From Treponemataceae bacterium (lineage in GTDB: Bacteria; Spirochaetota; Spirochaetia; Treponematales; Rectinemataceae), in assembly GCA_963677895.2 (NCBI GenBank), contig CAXXGJ010000038.1, positions 256,001 through 320,000 of the forward strand: a DNA stretch of 64,000 nt. Direction: 5' to 3'. Each line of letters begins with the position of its first letter. Position 1 is the first letter of the stretch. A program made the translations under genes and the position numbers. A model generated the notes under the pieces. That model did not search any database. It saw only the letters and a program-made list of their open reading frames with translations, and was not told where the DNA came from. This document shows positions 48,864-57,870 of this stretch, piece by piece.

Positions 48864-48879
48864 AGCAGGAATCGTGCCA
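48864..48879 (-). promoter_or_regulatory. Sigma54 (-24/-12) promoter of the efflux operon
   Basis: TGGCACG-ATTC-CTGCT with exact GG-N10-GC spacing, about 30 nt upstream of the ATG. Confidence 0.88.
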
Positions 48880-48972
48880 ATTAATAATTGTATTTTTATT
48901 TTATTTATATATATAGAATTAATTAAATTAATAGACTATTTACAGATGATGATCGGCTTTTTTTATCCAAAA

Positions 48973-49022
48973 GCGCAATATTTGCGCATCTATACTTTTC
49001 CTCAGGTGCGCATTTCGTGCGC
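48973..49022. promoter_or_regulatory. Tandem palindromic enhancer (UAS) sites
   Basis: GCGCA-ATATT-TGCGC (48973-48987) and GCGCA-TTTCG-TGCGC (49008-49022), 35 bp apart. Confidence 0.72.
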
Positions 49023-49042
49023 ACCCGAGATATCTTGATTGA

Positions 49043-50431
49043 CTACTCCGGCGCGACTGTCTTTTCAACCGCGAGGTTTTTCACCCAATGCTCTTTTTTC
49101 AGCCACCACATCGCCAGGAAGGTTTTCGGGAAGTCCGACAGTTTCGCCACGCCATAGAGAAGGACAGGCCCCCAGGAACTGATCCGCGAGATTATGATGG
49201 CCGCGGGAATGAAAATCGCGTAGCTGATCCCCACGTCGACCCACACGCCCATGAGGGTATCGCCGCCGGCCCGAGACACGGCGAACTGGGCGTTGAGGAG
49301 GCACCAGAGCGGAAGGTAAGCGGCTATGACGAAGACAAGCCCTATAGTCACTTTTTTGGCTTCCCCGGAAAGATTGCCGAAGACCAGGGGAATGCCGAGG
49401 GTCGAAGCGCTTGCCACGAGACAGGCCGCCAAGCCGAGGATGACCGACCCCGATTGTATCCAGCGGGCTTTCTCCCTGGCTTCGTCCAGTTTTCCCGACC
49501 CAAGGGTGGATCCGACGATGATGCCCGTCGCGGCATGGATAGCCGGGAACACGAGAAACATGATGTTCGCTATGGTCCAGCCCGCGGCCATGCCCGCCAC
49601 TGTCTCGGCCCCGCCCCTCCCGTTGTAGAGAGCGGTGATGATTGTCTCCGATACGACCCAGGCGGTTTCCGAGAAAAGCATCATGCCCGATTTCGAAAGC
49701 ACTTCTCCGAAGAGCCTTCGGTCTATGCGGAACAGCGCCGAAAGCTTGAATCCGAATCCCGGCTTCTTGCGCCAGAGCATGGCGGCGAAAGCGAGAGCTT
49801 CCACGACACGCGCGATAACCGTTGCGATGGCCGCCCCGGTGACTTCCAGCCTCGCCGCGCCGAGATTGCCGTATATGAGCATCCAGTTGAAGAAGGTATT
49901 GACGAGGGCCGCGCAGACCGACACGAGGAGCGGCACCTTGGTGACGCCGGTATCGCGGAAGGAAGTGCTCATCGCCGAAGAAAGGCCGATCGGGATGAAG
50001 CTGGGGGCCACCGCCCGAAGGTACTTAGCGCCCTCCCTTACGATTTCCTCCCCCTCCGAATTGCCGCCCAGCATCATCCGTATCAGGGGTTCCGCGAACA
50101 ACAGGCAGATGAGGGTATACAGGGCGGAGATGCCCAATGCCAGGATAAGCTTGAACCTGAAGGCCTGGCGCATCCCTTCCTTGTGGCCGGCTCCCCTGTG
50201 CTGGGAAAGATAAATGCCTCCCGCGGCGCATATCGTATTGATGATGACGAGATAGATGAAGTTGATCTGGTTGGATACGTTCACTCCCGCCATCTTGGAG
50301 TCGCCAAGGGCGGCCACCATGAAATTGTCGATAAGGGAGACAAGTCCCGTCAGGAGGGTCTGGATCATTATGGGAATGACCACCACGAGCGCGCTGCGAT
50401 AGAATTTTGCGGGTCCGAATAGAGCTTTCAT
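49043..50431 (-). CDS. MATE family efflux transporter
   Basis: P..IQ.L...LIDNFMV..LG, LSQHRGA, NW.LIYGNLG...GAAIATVIAR; two MATE repeats. Confidence 0.92.
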   Translation of the reverse strand: MKALFGPAKFYRSALVVVIPIMIQTLLTGLVSLIDNFMVAALGDSKMAGVNVSNQINFIYLVIINTICAAGGIYLSQHRGAGHKEGMRQAFRFKLILALGISALYTLICLLFAEPLIRMMLGGNSEGEEIVREGAKYLRAVAPSFIPIGLSSAMSTSFRDTGVTKVPLLVSVCAALVNTFFNWMLIYGNLGAARLEVTGAAIATVIARVVEALAFAAMLWRKKPGFGFKLSALFRIDRRLFGEVLSKSGMMLFSETAWVVSETIITALYNGRGGAETVAGMAAGWTIANIMFLVFPAIHAATGIIVGSTLGSGKLDEAREKARWIQSGSVILGLAACLVASASTLGIPLVFGNLSGEAKKVTIGLVFVIAAYLPLWCLLNAQFAVSRAGGDTLMGVWVDVGISYAIFIPAAIIISRISSWGPVLLYGVAKLSDFPKTFLAMWWLKKEHWVKNLAVEKTVAPE

Positions 50432-51807
50432 CAGTTTCCTTTGTCCAGGTCGTATTCTTTTATCTTATTGAGTAAAGTACGCCTTGTTATCCCCAACTCC
50501 ACCGCCGTTTTCTCCCGGTGGTTCGCGTTGCGGCTCAATGCCTCGATGATGGCCTGTTTTTCCATCGTCTCGAGAGTCCTCGCCGCGCCAATTCCGCCTA
50601 TCGCTCCGGCAGCCTTTTCGACGCCTTCGCCCCGAAGACCGGGTCTCGTATCCCTAGGCGAAATGAACTCGAAATCGCGGGACTCAAGCACGTCGGCTTC
50701 GGTGAGGATGCACGCCCGCTCGATCGCGTTCTCCAGTTCGCGGATATTTCCGGGAAAATCGTAGCGCATGAGAAAATCCATAGCCTCGCTCCCGATGCCC
50801 TCCACCTTCCTTCCCATATCCGAAGAAAAGCGCGAAAGAAAGGCCCCGGCAAGCAGGGGAATATCATCCCGACGTTCCCGCAGCGGAGGCAGCCGCACCC
50901 TGATCACATTGATGCGATAATAGAGATCCTCCCTGAACCGACCTTCCTTGACTTCCTTTTCGAGATCGCGATTTGTGGCGGCCACGACCCGTACCTCGAT
51001 GGGCGTGCCTTTAAGCGAGCCCAATCGCTGTACCTTGCGTTCCTGCAGGACACGGAGCAGCTTTACCTGCAGGTGGAGGGGCAACTCAGCTATCTCGTCG
51101 AGAAAGAGCGTTCCGCCCTGGGCGCTTTCAAAGAGGCCTTGTTTCCGGGAATCCGCTCCGGTGAAGGCGCCTTTCTCATAGCCGAAAAGCTCGCTCTCCA
51201 GAAGGTGTTCGGGAAAAGCTCCCATATTGATGGGCACGAAAGGTCCCTCGCGTCTCGAAAGGTTGTGGACGAGACGGGCGGCCACTTCCTTGCCGGTTCC
51301 GCTCTCCCCCGTGAGGAGAATTGTAGCGCCCGAAGGAGCCGCCTTGCCGAGGATCCTCACGATTTCCTTCATTTTCTGGCTCTCGCCTATCATCTCTCCG
51401 GTGGCTTTTTTCCCGCTTTTTCCCGCCCTGAGCGACAGCGTGAGGCGATGATTCTCCACCGCTTTCTTTATGCGTATGAGTAGTTCGTCGGGGTCGAAAG
51501 GCTTGACGAGATAGTCATAAGCGCCGGTCTTCATCGCCTCGACGGCGTCGCGGATTTCACCATGCGCCGATATCATGATGACGGGAATGTTCGGCCCTTC
51601 TTCCTTCACCCAATGGAGCAGCTGCATGCCATCGAGTCCGGGCATCCTCAGATCGGAGACGAGAGCGTCATAAGCCTGTTCCTCGAGCTTCTGCCTCCCA
51701 GTCTTTCCGTCCAAAGCGATGTCGGCTTCGATCCCGTCCGGTCCGAAATAATCCTTGAGCGAAAGGGCAAGCTGTTTTTCATCGTCCACTATCAGAATTC
51801 GCATCAC
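50431..51807 (-). CDS. Second sigma54-dependent response regulator (no adjacent kinase)
   Basis: Receiver domain, GESGTGKE, GYEKGAFTGA, HTH; its stop overlaps the MATE start. Confidence 0.94.
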   Translation of the reverse strand: MMRILIVDDEKQLALSLKDYFGPDGIEADIALDGKTGRQKLEEQAYDALVSDLRMPGLDGMQLLHWVKEEGPNIPVIMISAHGEIRDAVEAMKTGAYDYLVKPFDPDELLIRIKKAVENHRLTLSLRAGKSGKKATGEMIGESQKMKEIVRILGKAAPSGATILLTGESGTGKEVAARLVHNLSRREGPFVPINMGAFPEHLLESELFGYEKGAFTGADSRKQGLFESAQGGTLFLDEIAELPLHLQVKLLRVLQERKVQRLGSLKGTPIEVRVVAATNRDLEKEVKEGRFREDLYYRINVIRVRLPPLRERRDDIPLLAGAFLSRFSSDMGRKVEGIGSEAMDFLMRYDFPGNIRELENAIERACILTEADVLESRDFEFISPRDTRPGLRGEGVEKAAGAIGGIGAARTLETMEKQAIIEALSRNANHREKTAVELGITRRTLLNKIKEYDLDKGN

Positions 51808-51872
51808 CGCATCACTCCGTTTTTTCCCTTAATCGCATTGAATTTAATGAATCTGCGCTTATACTCAAAGAT

Positions 51873-52727
51873 ATGAAAAATAAAACCGATGCCTCCCGAA
51901 GGGATACATCGCAGTTCACGCGCACTGCCGTCGTGTCCGGTCTGTTCTATCCCGCGTCCCCGCAGGAACTCGCGCGGAGAATAGGCACCCTGCTGAACGA
52001 AGCGGCCCCTCGGACGGATCGTTGCGCCGCGATCGTCAGCCCCCATGGGAGCATCGATTATTCCGGCGCCATGGCCGCAAGGGCATGGAAGGCGGCCGCC
52101 GATGGCGATATCGATACTATCGTAATCGTGAGTCCTTCGCATCGAAGCTTCGAGCCGGGCATCTTCATGCCGGAAGCGCACGATTTTTCCGTTCCCACCT
52201 GTACTTTCCAAGTCGACAGGACCGCGGTCAAGCAGCTGCTTCATTGTAGCACAAGCCTCAGCCTCAGCGATATTCCCCATTTCGAGGAACACTCGATCGA
52301 AATGCAGCTTATCTTCGCCGCGCATTGTTTTCCCAAGGCCCTGATCCTGCCCATCATCGTCTCCGGCGCCGACGACCAGACGCTCGATGGGCTTTTCTCC
52401 AATCTGCGATTCATACTGGGCGGACGCCTGGAATCGACCCTTTTCGTGCTCACCACCAATCTGGCCGTCGACGAGGACGCCGTGGCCTGTCTCAGGCGGA
52501 GCGGCGCCATCGTGGAATCCATCGAAAAAAGGGCGATGGAGGAGCTGCGCGCATTCTGCGATTCGGCTCCTTCTTTCTGCGGAGGCAGGATAATTGCCGG
52601 ATATATGCGTTCGGCGCTTTCCTCGGGAACCAAGCCGCTCCTCTACGGGCTGAGCAGCTCGGCCGTTCTCGCCGAAGCGGGCGAACCTATCGTCGGCTAC
52701 GCCGCAATGGGCTTTGCGAGGATATAG
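51873..52727 (+). CDS. amrB: AmmeMemoRadiSam system protein B (MEMO1 family)
   Basis: R...VSGLFYP, SPH...YSG, PSH, EHSIEMQL, CG, VGYAAM. Confidence 0.85.
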   Translation: MKNKTDASRRDTSQFTRTAVVSGLFYPASPQELARRIGTLLNEAAPRTDRCAAIVSPHGSIDYSGAMAARAWKAAADGDIDTIVIVSPSHRSFEPGIFMPEAHDFSVPTCTFQVDRTAVKQLLHCSTSLSLSDIPHFEEHSIEMQLIFAAHCFPKALILPIIVSGADDQTLDGLFSNLRFILGGRLESTLFVLTTNLAVDEDAVACLRRSGAIVESIEKRAMEELRAFCDSAPSFCGGRIIAGYMRSALSSGTKPLLYGLSSSAVLAEAGEPIVGYAAMGFARI

Positions 52728-52729
52728 CC

Positions 52730-53341
52730 ATGGATCTAGTCTTATCGCTCGATGAGAAGCGCGCGTTATGCGCCATCGCCAGGGAGAGCATAGAAGCGCG
52801 CCTGTTTCATAGGGCTCAGGCGATGCCCGCCTCGGGGAAAGGCTTCCGCCGGCGCGCGGGCGCCGCGGGGTCTACGGGTTCCGCGGTATCCGCGGGAGCC
52901 TTCGTGACGCTGCATGAAAACGGACAGCTTCGCGGCTGTATCGGCCGCATGCGCAGCGAATTGCCGCTCGACGAGACCATAAGCGAGATGGCTCAGGCCG
53001 CCGCCTTCGAAGATCCCCGCTTCGACCCGGTCAGCCGCGCGGAAATCGCCGACATCACGATAGAGATCACCGTGCTGGGCATTCTGCGAAAAATCGCCTC
53101 CGCCGAAGAAATCGTCGTGGGGAACCATGGAATCTATATCATCGCGAGAGGAAGGTCGGGAGTCCTCCTCCCCCAGGTCGCCACGGAATATGGATGGAAT
53201 CGCCTGGAATTCCTGGACCATGTATGCCTCAAGGCGGGGCTTCCACCAAGGGCATGGCAGGATGCGGATACGCAGCTTTTCATATTCGAGGGAATCGTGT
53301 TCGGCGAAAGCGATCCGGAGATATCAGGGTTTTCTGGCTGA
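52730..53341 (+). CDS. amrA: AmmeMemoRadiSam system protein A (AMMECR1 family)
   Basis: GAFVTL...LRGCIG, AAFEDPRF, G.HG, SGVLLPQVA, CLKAGL; start set at ATG 52730. Confidence 0.92.
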   Translation: MDLVLSLDEKRALCAIARESIEARLFHRAQAMPASGKGFRRRAGAAGSTGSAVSAGAFVTLHENGQLRGCIGRMRSELPLDETISEMAQAAAFEDPRFDPVSRAEIADITIEITVLGILRKIASAEEIVVGNHGIYIIARGRSGVLLPQVATEYGWNRLEFLDHVCLKAGLPPRAWQDADTQLFIFEGIVFGESDPEISGFSG

Positions 53342-54481
53342 TCCTTTGAGCATTTTCTTGATCTTCTTGAACCAGAACAGGCGCAAGGCTTCAGCCTTTC
53401 TGAAGAGGTCATAGCCAAGGGGCAGCAGGGGATAATCCACGCATCCGACGCGATGCACGATTTTTCCGCCAAAACCCGTCTTGAAGAAATAAAGTCCCGC
53501 CATCGGATGGTGGGGATCTTCGTCGGGCGGAATTCCGAAAAAATCATAGTCGACGCAGCCTTCCGCTTTGGCGGCCTGGATGGCCTTCCACTGTAGACCG
53601 TAGGCAGGCATCAGGTTGCGTTTTTCGCCCGAGGAAGCGCCGTACAGATAGGTCGCGTGTCCGCCCTGGAAGAGCGTGATGATCGAGGCCAGAGCCTCTC
53701 CCTCATGTCGCGCCACCCAAACCGAAAGCTTGGGAGAAAGCGAATCCGACGATTCATCGGCGTCTTTGGCCGTGGCAAAAAGGTTTTCATAGTAAGCCAG
53801 GGGGTGGATGGCAATGCCGTCCCGCTTCGCCGTTTCCAGATAGAGGGCATAGAATTCACCCAGCGCCGCGGCGCCTTCCCTGCTTATTACCACGCCCTTC
53901 TTTTCCGACAGCTTGATGTTGTAGCGCCACTTCGGTTTCATCTCCGAAAGGATTTCATCTTCCGGTCTTCGCAGGTCGAGGAGGACGGTATCCGGCACCT
54001 GGACCGCCGTACCCCGCCTCAATTTCCCCTCGCCCTTCCCTATTGCGTCGAGAAGGAGCCTGCCAGCGGCGCCTTCTCGATCCCAAGCGAGGTCGAAGCG
54101 CAGAAAGAGTATCTTTTCCTTTATGGCGGCCGCTATCGTCGCGGCAAGGGATTCGAGATAAGCCGAAGGAGCGGAAATTTCGGGAGTCAGAACCGGAGCG
54201 TGAGGAACATAGGCGAAGCTGAATCCAAGCCTAAGCGGGCGGACGAGAACGACGATATCGCCGTCGCCCTTTCCGTCCGCCGCGGCCGCGCGATTCCCTT
54301 CAGGTTTGCCGCCGGGAAAAGTATAGACCTTCCAGCCCGTCCTTTCCTTGAAACGGGCCCAGAAGGAGCTCTGCATGAAACTCGGGCTTAGGCTTAGGCT
54401 TAGGCTGGGGCTCGGACTCGGGCTCGCGGAGCTCTCGTCGCCGCTGTCACCATCTGCCGCCGGCAAGGTTTTTTCGTCCAA
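53324..54481 (-). CDS. FemABX family peptidoglycan bridge aminoacyltransferase
   Basis: FMQS..WA.FK, KPKWRYNIK, YLYGAS, YDFFGI, FKTGFGG. Confidence 0.92.
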   Translation of the reverse strand: MDEKTLPAADGDSGDESSASPSPSPSLSLSLSPSFMQSSFWARFKERTGWKVYTFPGGKPEGNRAAAADGKGDGDIVVLVRPLRLGFSFAYVPHAPVLTPEISAPSAYLESLAATIAAAIKEKILFLRFDLAWDREGAAGRLLLDAIGKGEGKLRRGTAVQVPDTVLLDLRRPEDEILSEMKPKWRYNIKLSEKKGVVISREGAAALGEFYALYLETAKRDGIAIHPLAYYENLFATAKDADESSDSLSPKLSVWVARHEGEALASIITLFQGGHATYLYGASSGEKRNLMPAYGLQWKAIQAAKAEGCVDYDFFGIPPDEDPHHPMAGLYFFKTGFGGKIVHRVGCVDYPLLPLGYDLFRKAEALRLFWFKKIKKMLKGSARKP

Positions 54482-54483
54482 AA

Positions 54484-56859
54484 TCAGCCGATCTCGCCGT
54501 CGAGCACGGTCTGGAGCTTGAGCGGATTGCCGTCGACGCTGAGACGGGCGGAACCTGCCTGGGCATAGCCGGACTTGGCCGCCAGCGGTACGGAGAAGAA
54601 AGCGTCCACGTCGATCTGGGCTTCGGCGGGACCTTCGGCTTTCATCCCTTCAAGCGAGACGGGCGTTCCCGGCGCGGCCCAGGGAGCGCTCAACACCTCC
54701 ACCGCTTCCTTGCCGTCTGGTCCGGAAAGCGATGCAGCGAGAAGCATTCCCTTCGACTCCACACCTCGCAGTTTCGCGGGCTTCAGGTTGTCGACGAGGA
54801 TGATGTGCTTGCCGAGGAGTTCCTCTTCTTTATAGAAAGGCACGAGGCCGGATACGATCACGCGTTCTACGCCGGAGCCGTCGTCGAGGGTTTCAATATA
54901 GAGCTTGTCCGCCTTGGGATGGCGTTCTATCTTGACGATTTTCGCCACCTTAAGGGCGATGAGCTTAAGAAAGCGCTGCTCCACGGGCAAATCCGCGTAG
55001 GGTATAGCCTTGGGAGCCGGTGCTTCCTTGGCGGCGGGCGCGTTTGCAGCGGCCGCGTTTGCTGCGGACGCGTTCACAGCGGCCGCGGGCTTGGCGTCAG
55101 GGGCAGGTGCCTTGGCGTCGGGGGCTGGTACCTTCACGTCAGAGACCGGCGCCTTCGCGTCGCCTGCCGCTAAATCCCTGTCGGCTCTTTCCTTCTGCGA
55201 GCCCGAATAGCGCTCGCGCAGGGTCGCGATATATTTTTCATCCAGCTTGGCGAACAGCACGTCGGGTGTCTTCACTTCCGAAAGCCCCTCCGTCTTGCCG
55301 AGGACGGACCAGTCGAGGCCGCCTTGGCCCAGTTTCTGCCCAAGCATCGCCGCGAGCTTTTCGGCGGCGTGGGGCATATAGGGCTGGGTGAGCACGGCGA
55401 TGTCCCTGAGGATGTAGCAGAGGTCCGACACGAGGGAGGCCGCCGCTTCCGGATCGGAAATCCTGGTTTTCCACGGCGCGCCGTCCTGGAAACGCTTGTT
55501 CGCGATATCGGACAGCTCGAAAATGGCGCGGAAGGCTTCGCGCAGGTCAGCCCTCTCCAGGGAAGCGGTGATTCTCGCCTCGATCTCCTTCGCCCTTTCC
55601 CAGAACTCCGCATCGGGCTTGCCTGCGGGGATCGCTCCCTCGTAGTAACGCGAGACGAAGGTCAGGGTGCGGTTGGCCAGGTTGCCGAGGTTGCCGATGA
55701 GTTCGCCGTTCACTTTTTCCAGGAAATCGGACCAGGTGAAGGTGTAGTCCGAAGTCTCGGGTCGGTTCCAGAAAATATAGAATCGCCACACGTCGGCCGG
55801 GATGCCGGTCTCCATGACGTCGGTGCCGAAAACGCCGATTCCCTTGGATTTCGAGAACTTGCCCGATTCATAGTTCAGGTATTCGCTCGACGACATGTGG
55901 TGAAGCATCGTCCAGTCCCGTCCGGAGCCCAGGAGGCTGGAGGTGAATATGACTGTATGGAAGGGAATGTTGTCCTTGCCGATGAACTGGAAGAGGTCGA
56001 CGTTCTCGGGATTCTGCCACCAGGATTTCCAGTCGAAGCCCTTTTCGGCCGCGAGTCCCGCCGTCATCGAAATGTAGCCGATGGGGGCGTCGAACCAGAC
56101 GTAGAATACCTTGTCCTCGTAGCCTTTCAGGGGAACGGGAATGCCCCATTTCAGGTCCCGGGTGATGGCGCGAGCCTTGAGGCCGTCCCTCAGCCAGGCC
56201 TGGGTCATCTGGACGGCGTTGTTGGACCAGAATCCCTTCTCGCTCGCTTCCCTGATCCAGGGTTCGAGCTTGGGCTTAATGGCCGGCAGGTCGATGTAGA
56301 GATGCGTCGTGGCCTTGAGATGAGGCGTGGCGCCGCAGCTGGAACATTTGGGGTTGATGAGCTCGGTAGGCTCGAGAAGCTTGCCGCAGTGCTCGCACTG
56401 GTCGCCCCGGGCACCGTCGTAGCCGCAGGAGGGACAGGTTCCTTTGACGTAGCGGTCGGCCAGGAACCTTCCGCAGGAATCGCAGTACAGCTGTTCTATG
56501 GTCTGGCTTTTTATGTAGCCGTTCTTTTCGAGATCGAGGAAGATCGATTGCGTTATGGCGGTCTGTTCTGGCGCCGATGTGCGCCCGAACTTGTCGAAGG
56601 AGATGCCGAACCATGAATAAATATCGCGGTGGAGGGCGTGGAATCTGTCACAGAGCTCGCGGGGAGTAATGCCCTCTTCCTGCGCCTTCGTCTCGGTGGC
56701 GGTGCCGTATTCGTCGGTTCCGCAGATATAGAGGGTATCGTAGCCCCTCAGGCGGCAGAATCTGGCGAACACGTCGGCCGAAAGTACTTGTATGAGGTTC
56801 CCCAGATGGGGGACGTTGTTCACATAGGGCAGCGCCGAAGTGATTAGTCTGCGTTTCAT
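54484..56859 (-). CDS. metG: Methionyl-tRNA synthetase with C-terminal tRNA-binding domain
   Basis: SALPYVNNVPHLGN, two zinc knuckles, YVWFDA, KFSKS, C-terminal HPKADKL...SKGMLLAA. Confidence 0.97.
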   Translation of the reverse strand: MKRRLITSALPYVNNVPHLGNLIQVLSADVFARFCRLRGYDTLYICGTDEYGTATETKAQEEGITPRELCDRFHALHRDIYSWFGISFDKFGRTSAPEQTAITQSIFLDLEKNGYIKSQTIEQLYCDSCGRFLADRYVKGTCPSCGYDGARGDQCEHCGKLLEPTELINPKCSSCGATPHLKATTHLYIDLPAIKPKLEPWIREASEKGFWSNNAVQMTQAWLRDGLKARAITRDLKWGIPVPLKGYEDKVFYVWFDAPIGYISMTAGLAAEKGFDWKSWWQNPENVDLFQFIGKDNIPFHTVIFTSSLLGSGRDWTMLHHMSSSEYLNYESGKFSKSKGIGVFGTDVMETGIPADVWRFYIFWNRPETSDYTFTWSDFLEKVNGELIGNLGNLANRTLTFVSRYYEGAIPAGKPDAEFWERAKEIEARITASLERADLREAFRAIFELSDIANKRFQDGAPWKTRISDPEAAASLVSDLCYILRDIAVLTQPYMPHAAEKLAAMLGQKLGQGGLDWSVLGKTEGLSEVKTPDVLFAKLDEKYIATLRERYSGSQKERADRDLAAGDAKAPVSDVKVPAPDAKAPAPDAKPAAAVNASAANAAAANAPAAKEAPAPKAIPYADLPVEQRFLKLIALKVAKIVKIERHPKADKLYIETLDDGSGVERVIVSGLVPFYKEEELLGKHIILVDNLKPAKLRGVESKGMLLAASLSGPDGKEAVEVLSAPWAAPGTPVSLEGMKAEGPAEAQIDVDAFFSVPLAAKSGYAQAGSARLSVDGNPLKLQTVLDGEIG

Positions 56860-56927
56860 AACTCAGCACAATATCCACGCCATAAGGGGGTGTCAAGAAT
56901 GCGGGTGCGTGATACTATTATTGCGAT

Positions 56928-57218
56928 ATGGTCGTATCCATGCTTCTGCTTATCGTGGAGCTGCCGGAAACCACGAGCATCAAAGACAAGCGCAAGGTGA
57001 TTTCCGGGATGAAAAGCAGGATGCAGAGGAAATTCCGGCTTTCCTGCGCGGAAGTCGATCTCCAGGATTCGCTCGGCTTCGCCGAAATCGGCGCGGCGAT
57101 CGTATCCAACTCCCAGACCTTCGGGGAGAAGGTTCTAAACGAGGCGGTGAGGTTCGTGGAGGACGGTTTCCCCGTGAACATCTATGAAGCGCAAATTCAT
57201 TCCGAGGTATATGACTGA
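56928..57218 (+). CDS. DUF503 (YlxP-like) protein
   Basis: SIKDKRKVI...F.LS.AEVD.QD...IG.A.VSN. Confidence 0.88.
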   Translation: MVVSMLLLIVELPETTSIKDKRKVISGMKSRMQRKFRLSCAEVDLQDSLGFAEIGAAIVSNSQTFGEKVLNEAVRFVEDGFPVNIYEAQIHSEVYD

Positions 57219-57237
57219 CATTATGAAAGGGGACACG

Positions 57238-57870
57238 ATGATTTCCAAAAACTGCAGGGCCGTCCTTGGCTGCCTCGCCATGATGATTCTGATGACTTCC
57301 TGCGTCGGCATCGATACGAAGGTCAAGATTTCGGAGAATGGTTCGGGGAAAGTCACCGCCGAGTACAGGCTTTCCGAGGAACTTGTCTCCTTCGGGGAAC
57401 TGGAGGCCAACAAGGCCATGCTTCCCGTCCCGCTGACGAGGGCCGATGTAGAGAACAGCCTCAGGGGCGTAAAGGGATTGGCGCTGGATTCGTGGTCCAG
57501 CAGAAAGGATGGCACGGACCTCCTCATCAAGACCGTGATATCCTTCGACAGTCTGGACGCCTTCATGCGCTATCTGGATCCTAAGGGAGAGCTCGCGAAG
57601 CACAGCCAGGACTCGAGCGGGCACCATATCGTCTTCACCGTGGGCGAGAGCCTTCCCACCTTCGATGCCGACATGAAGCAGATCGCCCAGGAAGCCTTTG
57701 CCTCCTATACCTTCAAATTCGCCGTCGAACTGCCCTCGCCCATCAAGGAAGCGACATCACAGCATCCGGCCGTCGCGGTGCGGCAGGAAGGCAATACGGC
57801 GATCTTCGAAGGGCAGATGAAGGACATTGTCGCGAGCGAAATCCCCCCGTCAATGAGGCTTTCCTGGTAG
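57238..57870 (+). CDS. Putative lipoprotein
   Basis: MISKNCRAVLGCLAMMILMTSC lipobox-like signal; AAGGGG upstream; ENGSGK..Y pattern. Confidence 0.7.
   Translation: MISKNCRAVLGCLAMMILMTSCVGIDTKVKISENGSGKVTAEYRLSEELVSFGELEANKAMLPVPLTRADVENSLRGVKGLALDSWSSRKDGTDLLIKTVISFDSLDAFMRYLDPKGELAKHSQDSSGHHIVFTVGESLPTFDADMKQIAQEAFASYTFKFAVELPSPIKEATSQHPAVAVRQEGNTAIFEGQMKDIVASEIPPSMRLSW

Noticed and set aside
36853..57870. Convergent 3' overlaps (wrbA/deacylase 4 nt, amrA/femX 18 nt, lipoprotein/dinB 21 nt) as antisense regulation
   Set aside because: Short tail-to-tail overlaps are common in compact genomes, and there is no further evidence.
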